Source of the DNA: Eledone cirrhosa
Lineage: Eukaryota
Direction: 5' to 3'
Assembly: GCA_964016885.1 (NCBI GenBank)
Contig: OZ024751.1
Span: 28,582,001 to 28,646,000, forward strand
Length of the DNA: 64,000 nt
How positions within the stretch are numbered: the stretch's first letter is position 1; each line of letters opens with the position of its first letter. This document shows positions 1-12,308 of the stretch, in pieces. The translations under genes and the position numbers were made by a program. Below the pieces are notes generated by a model. That model made no database searches and was not told the origin of the DNA. It was given only the letters and a program-made list of their open reading frames with translations.

Positions 1-27
1 CCTCTATATATGTATATATATGTGTAA

Positions 28-362
28 AGGTGCATGGCTTAGTGGCTAGTGCATTGGGCTTGCAATTGAAAGGTTGTAAGCTCGATCCTCAGACTGGGTG
101 GTGCGTTATGTCCTTGAGCATGACACTTTATTTTACATTGCTCCAGTTTACTTAGCTGTAGAAATGAGCTGCGAGGTCACTGGTACCAAGCTGTATAGGC
201 CATAACCTTTTCCTTGGACATCATCGGTGGCTTAGAGAGGGGAGGCTGATATACATGGGTGACTGCTGGTCTTCCTCAAACAACCTTTCCTGGACTTGTG
301 CCTCAGAGGGAAACTTTCTAGGTGCAAATCACATGGTCATTGGTGACCGAAGGGGGTCTTCG
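28..362 (+). mobile_element. tRNA-derived SINE with CORE-like central domain (tail type 1)
   Basis: Head TGGCTTAGTGG (A-box-like) and GCTCGATCC (B-box-like). Body GTCCTTGAGCATGACACTTTATTTTACATTGCTCCAGTTTACTTAGCTGTAGAAATGAG resembles the CORE domain and recurs at 27050 and 46092-46378. Flanked by (TA)n. Confidence 0.75.
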
Positions 363-431
363 GAGATATATATAAACATGTGTGTATATATCATCATCAT
401 CATCATCTTCGTTTAACATCCATCTTCCACG

Positions 432-480
<49 letters not shown>

Positions 481-624
481 TACATAAGCAGAAGGGATAT
501 TCAATTTGTTGGTAATTCAACAAATATAAATGTTTATAACTGATTCAGAGCACTCAACGGATTTTCTGGAGTATAATATTCAATGATATTGAATAAATGG
601 AAACTATATTTATAAAACCATATT

Positions 625-685
625 TATTCTATTATATATATTTCAAGGGTTCCAAAATTTTGGTACGCTCTCATCAGATAAAATA
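625..685 (-). ncRNA. Minimal type I hammerhead ribozyme
   Basis: Minus strand reads UAUUUUAU CUGAUGA GAGCGUACCA-AAAUUU-UGGAACCCUU GAAA U AUAU A UA^AUAGAAUA: stem I, intact core, stem II, and a 2-bp stem III with palindromic AUAU loop. Confidence 0.8.
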
Positions 686-850
686 CGAAGTGTGTTTTAT
701 AAATTTTGACATAACCAAGGAAAATATACCTGAACAGTTCAAGTTTTCCTTAGATAGTCATCTTTCCTTAGATAGTCACTATCTAAGGAAAACTTGAACC
801 TTTAAGGTATATTTTCCTTGGTTATGTCAAAATTTATAAAACACACTTCG

Positions 851-911
851 TATTTTATCTGATGAGAGCGTTCCAAAATTTTGGAACCCTTGAAATGTAT
901 ATAATAGAATA
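851..911 (+). ncRNA. Minimal type I hammerhead ribozyme
   Basis: TATTTTAT CTGATGA(859-865) GAGCGTTCCA-AAATTT-TGGAACCCTT GAAA(892-895) T GTAT A TA^ATAGAATA. Predicted cleavage after 903. Confidence 0.8.
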
Positions 912-975
912 AATATGGTTTTATAAATATAGTTTCCATTTATTTAATATCATTGTACATATACATATATATATT

Positions 976-1016
<41 letters not shown>

Positions 1017-1057
1017 TCAGTAGTAGTAGTATCAGTAGTAGTAGTAGTAGTAGTATC

Positions 1058-1118
<61 letters not shown>

Positions 1119-1155
1119 TCAGTAGTAGTAGTAGTAGTATCAGTAGTAGTAGTAG
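976..1155. repeat. (AGT)n microsatellite with ATC interruptions
   Basis: Seen directly. Source of the spurious poly-Ser and poly-Leu ORFs. Confidence 0.95.
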
Positions 1156-1623
1156 AAAAGCGAATGTTAATATAGTGATATGGTTTAATATTTTAAAACT
1201 CGACATGCATATGCTAAAATTTATTGACATGCACTGCATTCATGCATACATGCCTATGCACACATACACTTCCTTATACATATAGACTCACATACACATA
1301 TACATGTGTACGTATATATCACATACACAGCAAACACAAGGCAAATGGGAAATTAGATAAGTTCTTTTTTAAATTATATAAAAAATGGTAAAAATGGTAA
1401 ATCGAATGTTCATTGGAATATGATCGTGAGGTAACATGTATTATATTTATATACACACACACATACACATATATATGTATGTGTGTGTATGTATATATAT
1501 ACACATATATATACACATATATATACATACATACATACACTTATATATATATGTGTATGTATGTATATATATGTATATACATATATATATATACATACAT
1601 ACACATATATATGTATGTATGTT

Positions 1624-1653
<30 letters not shown>

Positions 1654-1655
<2 letters not shown>

Positions 1656-1766
1656 ACGAAGGAGTTGTGGTAAGGAACCAGATGGACCATAATGCACCAG
1701 AGTACTCAATACTCAAAATACGTCGAAATGGCTTGAGCTCTGCCGTCGGGGTCATACTTTCTCCTA
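1654..1766. mobile_element. Family C Penelope-like terminus, internally deleted fold-back
   Basis: Matches the reverse complement of 57175-57370 at both ends with the centre missing. Contains the 3' half of a hammerhead, GTC GAAA TGGC ttgagctct GCCGTC^GGGGTC. In (TA)n. Confidence 0.65.
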
Positions 1767-1818
1767 TATATATATATATATATATACATACATACACATA
1801 TATATGTATGTATGTTTG

Positions 1819-1850
<32 letters not shown>

Positions 1851-2021
1851 CACAAACATACATACACATATATATGTATGTCTGTGTGTATATACATATA
1901 TATATGTATATACATATATACACTCCTATATGAGCAAGGCACGGTCACCTGACCGAACTTGCCTCTAATGGGACAACCCGTCTAACCCATGCTAGCATCG
2001 AAAATGGATGTTATACAATGA

Positions 2022-2060
<39 letters not shown>

Positions 2061-2962
2061 CACATGTTATGTGATATAATATATATAAACACACAAGCAG
2101 GAAAAACGGACTTAAAATGAGATGATGATGATGATGATGATGATATATATATATATAGAGAGAGAGATAGATAGATAGATAGACAGATATATATACACAC
2201 ACACATACATATTATATATTATATATTATACGCTGAAATTATATTTATATATATACATATATAGATATATGACATGCACATATACACACTGAATGTATGC
2301 TATGCAAGAGTAAAATTTAATAGCAAGCCTAGTAAAGTAAGGCAATGGTGTAAAATATGTGTAATGAATGGAATCTCATCTGCTGTCCTATGAATAGTTT
2401 GATGCATGGATGAGTTTTAACTGATCAGTAATGTGTGAGAGGTTAGAGGTGAGAGGTAGGAACAAATAGGACGGGAGGGGAGATATGGAAGAAGACTATT
2501 ATTGGAGAGTGGAGGCGGGGGGGGGGGGGGGGGTACATATAGCTGGATCATGGTGGTGATGATGGTTTGGGTTGATGGCAATGATGACAGCAATGAAGGT
2601 GATGATGGTGGTGATGATGTTTGGGATGGTGGCAATGATGACAACAGAGATGGAGGTGGAGGTGGTGATGGTGATGAAGTTTGTCACTGAAAAGACCCTT
2701 GTAATTTAGAAACCAAGTTTTAATGGTGAAAAAGAAGAATAAATTGCTATTTAAGAAACTTCTTTTTTTTCTATTTCAGAATGACAAAAAAATCTAAACA
2801 TAAATGAAATAAAGTAAAATAAAATAATAAAAAAATAATAAAAAATAGAATAATAAAAAAAATATAAAAATATTTTTCAACACGACAGAGAAAGTGAGAG
2901 AAAATGGAATCTTTGAGAAAGAAGACTTGCTTTTTCCTACTATCATTATTATTATTACTATA

Positions 2963-3345
2963 GGCGGTGGATTGGCAGTATCGGTAGATATGTTTTGACA
3001 TACAGACTTACGGCCCTTGCCATTCTGAGTTCAAATCCCGCCGAGGTTAACTTTGCCTTTCATCCTTACGGGGTCGATAAAATAAAGTACCAGTAATACA
3101 CTGGGTAATTGCTGGCCTTGTGCCAAAAAGTAGAAACAATTATTATTTTTACTAATATTATTAGGGCGGTGGATTGACAGTATTGGTAGAGAGTCGGACA
3201 CCATGCTTTGCAGCATAGATTTACGGCCCTTTACGGTCTGAGTTCAAATCCTGCTGAGGTTAACTTTGCCTTTCATACTTATGGGGTCAATAAACTAAAG
3301 TACCAGTAATTATTGGCCTTGTGCCTATACAAGAAATCATTATTA
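2963..3345 (+). mobile_element. Two tandem copies of an (ATT)n-tailed tRNA-like SINE
   Basis: GGCGGTGGATTGGCAG head, GAGTTCAAATCC B-box, body TTTGCCTTTCATCCTTACGGGGTCGATAAAATAAAGTACCAG, 3' end CCTTGTGCC..AGAAA.CATTATT. Copies at 2963-3148 and 3164-3345. Confidence 0.8.
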
Positions 3346-3371
3346 GTCTAATCCATGGAAAAATAGACAAA

Positions 3372-3582
3372 ATTATTTTTAGCATAGGTACAAGGCCAGT
3401 AATTTGGGGAGAGGGGAAAGTCGATTAAATCGATCCCAGTACGTTACTGGTACTTTATTTTATCGACCCTGTAAAGATGAAAGGCAAAGTTAACCTCGGC
3501 GGAATTTGAACTTAGACTGTAAAGGACCGTAACTCTACACAGGAAAGCATGGCATCTCACTCTACCGATACTGCCAAACCAC
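3372..3582 (-). mobile_element. (ATT)n-tailed tRNA-like SINE
   Basis: Reverse complement of the family at 2963. The 5' end abuts (AAT)n at 3585. Confidence 0.8.
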
Positions 3583-4727
3583 AACAATAATAATAATAAT
3601 AATAATGATATTAAAAAATGCAAAGAAAGACAGATTATAGCCAGCAAATTTTTCCATGGTTAGATTCCAATAGAAGCAGTTGCCAAGGATACAGTAAAGA
3701 AAGGAATACATGCCAGGGAGTGGAAGGTTAGAGAAGAATGGAATATGGCTAGTTCTTGGAGAGATTATATATGCATGGCACCAAAGACATTCATTCACAA
3801 AATGAATAACTAAACAGGTTGCTTATTTTTTATAGCATGTGACAACACTATCTACACCCCCACCCTAGATATATATATATAGAGAGAGAGTGAGTGAGAC
3901 AGAGAGAGAAATAGAGATATAGAGAGAGAGTGAGTGAGACAGAGAGAGAAATAGAGATATATATAAAGAGTGAGAGTGAGACGGAGAGAAAGATATATAT
4001 ATAGAGAGAGAGAGAGTGAGTGAGACAGAGAGAGAAATAGACATTTATATATATAGAGAGAGAGTGAGTGAGACAGAGGGAAAGATAGAGACATATATAT
4101 AGAGAGAGTGAGTGAGACCGAGAGAGCAATAGAGAGAAAGACAGCAAGAGACTGAGGGAAAGAGACATAGAAATAGAGACAGATAGATAGAGAAAGAGAT
4201 AGATAGATATATAGATAGTGAGATAGAGAGAGAGAGAGACAGAGAAAGATATAAAGATAGATAGATAGCAAAAGAGAGAGAGGGGGAGGGGGGGGACAAA
4301 ACAAAACAAAAAGAACAAAAAAAAGATAGACAGGAAATTAAAATGCTAATCAAGTGAATTGAGAGAGAAAAAGAGAGGGGTAGAGAGAGAGAAAGGGAGA
4401 GTTGGTGCCTTGGAAAGAAAGAGAGAGAGGATGGAGAGAGAAGGAGATAGAATGAGACTGCAACTGAAGTGACTAGTATATGTTAGTTTTAAGAAGTTTA
4501 GAGAACAAGACTTGTTTTGGTGGAAATTCTCAATACAACAGATTAGACAACAAAACAAAGATAACCACAAATAAAATAAAATTAAATCTATGAAAAAAAT
4601 AATAAACAAAAGAGTGACTGGTGATGATGATGATGATGATGAAAAATTACAATAACCTTATTCCACCCCACCCATTGCCCAGCCCCAGCCCAGCAAAGTA
4701 AAATCGAAAAGAAAGAACAGTATATAT

Positions 4728-6813
4728 CATCATCATCATCATCACCGTGTTATGTCCTTTCTTCCACACTAGCATGGGTTAGACGGGTTGTCCTGTTGTG
4801 GGCAGTGTCCGGCCGGCTGACCTTGCCTTGCTCATACGGAACTGATTCTGGCTTGATTTCTACAGTTGGATGCCTTTCCTAACACCAACCTCATTTACAG
4901 TGAGTGCTGGGTGCTTTATTACATGGCACCTACATGTCCACTCTACAGTGTGGGCTGGGTGCTTTTTTGCCGTGGCACCTCCACGGCCACTTTGCAGTGG
5001 GAGGCTGTGGGGCATATTGTCTATATGCTTTGGATTGTACCCGTGGGGGAGGGGGGGGTCAGGTCTTCTATATTACTGCGTGACGTCAGAGAGGTGTAAT
5101 TGGGTAAGGTCGGCTTTTATCACCTCATCCCAGGTCTTCCTGGGTCTCCCCACTCCGCGATTTCCATCGACTTATAGTGCTCTGCACCTTTTTATGCAGC
5201 TGTCATCCTTCATATGCATCACATGTCCATATCAACGCAACCGACTCTCCTGCACACAGCATTTGATTCCTCTTATGCTCAGTCTCTCTCTCAATTCATT
5301 TATGCTTTGCCGTTCCCGTATATTACTGTTACACATCCATCGGAGCATGCAGGCTTCGTTTCTTTCTAATCTACACAAGTCTTCCACAGACAGCGCCCAG
5401 GTCTCACTACCATGTAACATTGCTGTTCGTATACACTTTCATTTTGAGGGAAAAGCCTTTTGCAGCTAGCAGTGGCAGTAGCTCCCTGAACTTCTTCCAT
5501 CCCATTTTTACCCTAGTTATTGTACTTTCTGAACACCCACCTCCGCTGCTAATTCAGTCACTTAGGTAGCAGAAGCTGTCTACTGTTTCTACAGAGCCCT
5601 CCCAGAGTTTGTTTCCTGTGGCTGTTTGCTGCTTGCTGTCCCAGCACAGCTGCTACATGTGAAGCCTACATTCTTAGTTAAGCTTCGTGAGATCCCGCTA
5701 CATCTCTTGTGTACCCATTGTTTGCATTTGGGGCAGAGAATGGAGTTCCTACCTACACATTTCCTACATACTGAGCAAGGCCATTTCCCTGAGGGGATCT
5801 GGGTTCTGTTTTCTCATCTACTTACAAGGACCTTAGTCTTTGTCAGGTTGACTTTGAGACCCTTTCTTTCTAGTCCATGCTTCCAAGTTTGGAATTTCTT
5901 CTCTAGTTCTACCATAGATTCAGCTATGAGTGCAAGGTCATCTGTATACAGGAGTTCCCATGGGCATCCGGTCTTAAACTCCTCCGTTATTGCCTGCAGG
6001 ACTATGATGAACAGGAGAGGGCTAAGAACAGAGCCCTGGTAGACACCGACCTGTACGCTAAATTCCTCACTATAGTCATTGCTAATCCTAACTTTGCTGA
6101 CTGCTCTCCTATACATGGCTTGTACAGCTTTCACAAGCCATTCATCTACTCCTAGTTTTCTAAGAGCCCACCAGATTATAGCACGGGGGACTCTGTCAAA
6201 GGCTTTCTCGAAATTGACGAATGCCAGGTAGAGTGGCTTACTTTTAGCTAGCTACTTTTCCTGTAACTGCCTCACTTGGAAGAGGGCATCAGTGGTGCCT
6301 CTTCCTGGCACAAACCCAAATTGCATCTCATCTAGTTTCACTCGGTCCTAATCAACTGTGCTATAACTCTTTCTGTTACTTTCATGACCTGGTCCATCAG
6401 CTTTATACCTCTATAGTTTCTTCTATCTAGTGCATCACCCACCTTTACCTTTGTAGCAGTTGACAATGATGCTGCTGCACCAATCCTTTGGTATGACACC
6501 TTCTAGTATTACCTGGTTAACAATATGTGTGACCTAACAACCCAGATGCCTTCAGCATCTCGGCAGCTATACCCGATGGACCAGTCGCCTTCCCGGTTTT
6601 CATATCTTTGATTGCCTTACTTACTACGCTGCTGCTGACTTGTACTGTTGGCCCCTCTATAGGGTCTACTTGGGGTAGGGTCTTTTCTTCCCATGCATTC
6701 TCCTCATTTATTAATCTATCATAATGGCTCTTCCACACATCTTTCTTCTCAGCACTTGTGAGGGCAAACTCACCTTTATCATTCCAGATACACTTCTCTC
6801 CATTGACATCACA
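4728..6813 (-). mobile_element. 5'-truncated, frameshifted RTE-like LINE (RT pseudogene)
   Basis: Peptides GKATGPSGIAAEMLKA, GVYQGSVLSPLLFIIVL, ELLYTDDLALIAES, GLKVNLTKTKVL and MLHGSETWAL in several frames. 3'UTR ends in (GAT)n. (TA)n at both junctions. Confidence 0.9.
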
Positions 6814-6829
6814 ATATATATATATATGT

Positions 6830-6862
<33 letters not shown>

Positions 6863-6874
6863 AATAAACATACA

Positions 6875-6984
6875 CAAGGTGTCCCAAAAATGTATACATA
6901 CTTTGATTACCTGTACAGGCAATATTTATTACAAGGCTGTTGAAGTCTATATCCATTTTTTTTTTGGGAGGGGGGGACACCCAG
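6875..6984. mobile_element. Tc1/mariner-type MITE
   Basis: Termini CAAGGTGTCCC...GGGACACCCAG in a TA-rich context. Inverted copy at 52242-52342. Confidence 0.65.
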
Positions 6985-7370
6985 TATATATATATGGTAT
7001 ATATATATATATTATGAGAGAGAGAGAGAGGGGGAGAGGGAGAGAGCCAGTCAAATGAATTGGCTGGTAAAGTTGACCTAAATAAGCTCCACTAAATAAT
7101 TATTATTCAGAAAGGAAAAATCCAAAATGGTTGTGTAGATTGTGTTGGTAATACGACACTAAGTGTGCTAGAGGCAGAAACCAATGATATATATATATAC
7201 ATATATATATATATGTATATATATATATACATATACATGTATACAGATATACATATATATGTATACATATATACCTATATATGTATACATATATATATGT
7301 ATATAGATATATTTACATAAATACACATATACATTTATATATATAGATTTACATATATATACATATACAT

Positions 7371-7454
<84 letters not shown>

Positions 7455-7712
7455 GTATACATATATACATATGCTTGTGCGTGTGTATGTATGTATATAT
7501 ATATATATAAATTTATATATGTATGTTTATATATATGTACATATATATATAAATACACACACGCACATATATATTCATATATACACACATATATGTATGA
7601 ATATGCATATGTATGTGTGTGTCTGTGTGTGTTCATGTGTGTGTATGAATATATGAATATATATATTCATGGCGACCAAAAAATGTTTATCATCCAAAAT
7701 ATTATGCGAAAA

Positions 7713-7784
<72 letters not shown>

Positions 7785-7970
7785 TAGTAAAAATAACAAC
7801 AACAATAACAACAATGATGATGATGATGATGATAACAATAACAGAGCAATTACAAAAATAAACTTCAATCTTGAAAAAAGAAAGCAAAAGAGGAAAAAAT
7901 GTCTGAATGTTGTAATAACTGAAACATCCTGAGGTGTCTTCTGTTTCCTTAATGAAAACATGGTTTTTCT

Positions 7971-8029
<59 letters not shown>

Positions 8030-8218
8030 ATATATATATACATATGTACACACATACAGACACATATATATACACACATTCACACCATCACAACCATACA
8101 TATGCTGACAGGGTTTTTCATTCTATATATTTACATATATTTACACACACATATATGTATTCACATATACATATATATATATATATATATACATATACAC
8201 AAACATATATGTATTCAC

Positions 8219-8251
<33 letters not shown>

Positions 8252-8524
8252 CACGCACATATACACACCTTTCACACACACACACAACCATACATATACT
8301 AACACATTGTTTTTCTTCTACATATATTTATATATATTCACATATATATATATATATACACATATATGCATACACATACACACCATTCATACAAACACAC
8401 AAACATATACACACTGACACTTGGATACAAACACACAATTTACACGTATATGTGAACTCATTACACACCTCACACATGCGTTAATTTATGTACGTTTATG
8501 ATTACGTCTTGAGTACATACATAC

Positions 8525-8576
<52 letters not shown>

Positions 8577-8819
8577 ATGTGTGCATATATGTATGTATCT
8601 CTCTCTCTCTGTATGTATATATATAGAGAGAAAGAGTGAGAGGGAGAGCAATTTGTGATTCTTGATTGAATTTGCATTTGCACAATGAGAAGAGACACTA
8701 TGGAACGTATAAGAGTAATAATTAACAGAAGACATAACATTAGTATAATACTCATCATAAAATCAAATTGGTGTTGCCTGACCCTCCCCCTCCCCCCCTC
8801 CCCCATCAAGGACATGGTA

Positions 8820-9185
8820 AATTCTCTAACGATGGTCTCATGATAAAATTTACTGAGTAGACTCTGTGAAGTGGTTGGTGTTAGGAAGGACATCCAACTG
8901 TAGAAAATATACCAAAAGAGATCAAAGGTCTCTTCAGTTATATCAAAGATATGACAACCTTTCTAGTGCTAGGGCCATGATAAAATGCACCAAGTACACT
9001 CTGTAAAGGGGTTGATGTTAGGAAGAACATTTATCTGTAGAAACCATACTAAAAAAGAGTTGAACACTCAAAGATATGACAATCTCTTTAGTGCTAGGGC
9101 CTTGATCAAATGCACCAAGTACACACTGTAAAGCGGTTAGGAAGGGTATCCAGCTGTAGAAACCATACCAAAATAGGTCTGGATA
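8820..9185 (+). repeat. Three degenerate tandem copies of an RTE 3'UTR segment
   Basis: Repeated ACTCTGTAAAG.GGTTG.TGTTAGGAAG..CATCCA.CTGTAGAAA blocks about 120-140 bp apart. Same motif as the RTE/SINE tail at 27255-27305. Confidence 0.6.
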
Positions 9186-9940
9186 TGAGATGTAGCCCCC
9201 TGACCGATCCAGGGGAACAGTTTTAACCCGTTCATGACCATATTTCTACTAAAATACACTCTTATTTCACTCGTACTTTATTTTTACACAAACCTAGAAG
9301 GATTCAACAGCAAAGTTGACCGTGGAGAGATTTGAATTTTGAACCTTGAAAATGGTAATTAAATCACACAAACCAATTGCTCTACTGATCCACTGCCTTT
9401 AGAAGTCTTGGAGAAATAATGGAAGTGTTAGCTGGTGAGAATAGACAGATTCACAAGACACACACATCTAAAGAATTAGAACAACTTTCTAAAGAATTTG
9501 GCAACCTATTTCCAAAAATGCAGACTTTTTCCCACATTTTATTATATTTAAAAAATTTTATTTTACCATTTAAAATCTCTCATAAACATTATATGAGATG
9601 AAATACTTAAATGTACATGAGAGAAAAATCAACACACCTATGTGAACATGAGAGAGAGAGAGAGAGAGAGTGTGTGTATATGTGTGTATGTGTATGTGAG
9701 AGAGAATGTGTGTGTGTATATGTGAGAGAGAGAGATAGATAGATAGAGGGAAAGAGTGTTTGTGTGTATGTATGAGAGAGTGAGAGAGCATGTGTGTGTG
9801 TATGTGAGAGAGAGAGTGTGTGTGTGTGAGAGAGAGAGAGTGTGTTTGTGTATGTATGAGAGAGAGAAAGTGTGTGTGCGTAAGTTAGAGAGAGAGAGTG
9901 TGTTTGTGTATGTGTGTGTCAGTGTGTGAGTGGGTGTATG

Positions 9941-10016
9941 TAAAGTGTCCCATAAGTCTATTAAATTTTTAATTATAAAAGATTTTAAAATGTAGCTTTT
10001 CTTGTGGGACACCTTG
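9941..10016. mobile_element. Degenerate Tc1/mariner-type MITE
   Basis: GTGTCCCATAAG...CTTGTGGGACACCTTG-TA termini. Confidence 0.45.
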
Positions 10017-10614
10017 TATGCCTGCGTGCATGTTTGTATGTGAGTGCATATGTGTGTATGTTAGTGTGGAAATAGTTGTATTGGTGTGTATGTGTGTGAG
10101 TGTGTGTGTGAATGTGTATGAACATTTCAAACAGACATAGATACACACGCACACAGAAACGCACTAGTAATGTATGTAGCCTGTTTCAATGTATGTTAGA
10201 AATAGAGTGAGATAGAGAGAGGGACGGAGACAGAGAGGGAGAGAGAGAAAGCCAGAGAGAGAGGGGGGGAGTGAGAGCCAGAGAGAAAGAGAATGAGCAA
10301 GAGAGAGAGAGAGAGAGAGAGAGGGGGAGAGTGTTGGCGAGAGATTCAGTGGGGGAGAGAGAACCAGAGAGAGATTCACAGGGAGAGTGAGTCAGAGAGA
10401 GAGTGGTGGTGAGAGAGAGAGAGAGAGATTGGGAGTGAGTGGTAGTGACAGAGAGAGAGAGAGAGAGAGAGAAAGAGAAATGGAGAGAGTGAGAGAGGGA
10501 AAGAGAGAGAAGGGTGAAAGAGTGAATAAATAACTGGATGAACGAATGAAATATATGAATAAATGTGTTTAAGTACAATAAAAGGATCAAAAGAATGAGT
10601 TCTAGTTATTATTG

Positions 10615-10659
<45 letters not shown>

Positions 10660-11125
10660 TTATTATTACTAGTATTAGAGAGAGCAAGGGAGAGAGAGAG
10701 AGAAAAGAAGCAAAAGGAAGGAAAAATAGACAAGAGAAAGAGAGGGAGGAAAGAGGGAGTGAGAGAGCAAAGTGAAAGACAAGGTAAGAAAGAGGACAAA
10801 AGAGAAAAGAAAGTGAATGAAAATTGGGGGAAGAAGAAAATGGAATAATGAAGAACTTGTTTAAGAAGAAAATAAATAAAATATAAATACAAAAATATAA
10901 ATAAATAAATAAATAACAAAAAAGAAGAGGAAAAGAAAAGAAAAGAAAAGAAAGGAGAAGTGCAAGAAAAGAGAGGATGTGGAGAAGTCTTCTGTGGAGG
11001 AGAGAGAATTGGAATTTTGTTAGGATACAAAATGAAGAATGGGAGGTAAAAAAAATAGACAGGCGGTGGAGGAGAGGGTTGGTGGGAAATGAAAATACAA
11101 GAATACCAAAACAACAATAATAATA

Positions 11126-11179
<54 letters not shown>

Positions 11180-11822
11180 GTAATGATGACGATGATGATG
11201 ATGATGGTGATTGTGATGCATGCAAAAGAAGGAAGAATGTGAAATGTGGTTAGTACCATGTGGGCAGGAAGTTGAATTTTACTCACCAAAATGACTTTTG
11301 TTGAGTAGCAATAATGACTTATTTTCCTTCTTTTGTACAACATTTGAGAAATTCTGCTTAATTAAGCTCTCTTTCTCTCACCACCACTTTCTCTCATTCA
11401 CACACACTCCCTTAGTCTCTCCCCCTCTCTCTCTCTCTCTCTCTCTGTTTCACAATCTCTCTTATTAATCTCTCTCTCTTTGTTTCACATACTCTCTTAT
11501 TAGTCTCTCTCTCTCTCTATCTATCTATCCATCTATCTGTCTTACAGTCTCTTATTAGTTATATTCTCTCTTTTTCTGTTTCAAACACTCTCTGATTAGT
11601 CTCTCTCTCACCACTCTTCTTTCACTCTCTCATTCTCTTTGTCTCTCTTTGTCTGTTTCATATACTCTCTTATTAGTCCCTCTCTCACCACTCTTCTTTC
11701 ACTCTCTCATTCTCTTTTTCTGTTTCACATACTCTCTTATTAGTCTCTCTCTCTCTCTCTTTCTCTTTCACCCACTCATTTATTAGGCTCTCTATCTACC
11801 TGGTTCACTCACTCTCTTATTA

Positions 11823-11869
<47 letters not shown>

Positions 11870-12224
11870 TCTCTCCTTCACTCACTGTTTTCCAAACAAA
11901 TGCTGTTCTTATTCTCTCTTTCTCTCTCTCTTGCTCTGCTTCACAGACCCTAAATTTACTCCCTATCACCCTCTCTCTGTTTCACTCCGCCCCCTCTCTT
12001 TCTCTCTCTCTCTGTTTCACTACCCCCCCCCCCCCTCCACACACACTCTCTCTCTCTATTTCCCTCACTCATTCTGAACTCTTTATCAAATGTATTTAGT
12101 CAGCTTCTGGTTCCTTCCATCTGTACTTGACAACTGAGTAATTCAGTAGTTAAGGTGAGAGAGAGAGAGAGACACTCAGACAGAGAGTGAGAGACAGACA
12201 GACACACATTCAGAGAGAGACAGA

Positions 12225-12308
<84 letters not shown>

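Larger units (their letters stand above)
486..955 (-). mobile_element. Penelope-like/retrozyme-like terminus (family A): fold-back 581-955 plus unduplicated tail 486-580
   Basis: Near-perfect inverted repeat centred at 777 with arms of about 180-195 bp. Each arm carries a hammerhead motif. The same sequence recurs at 57393-57886 and 36108-36148. (TA)n on both sides. Confidence 0.7.

Noticed and set aside
597-797. 66-aa ORF inside the fold-back (homologous ORF at 57792)
   Set aside because: Short and AT-rich, with the frame not conserved between copies. The conservation is better explained by RNA structure.
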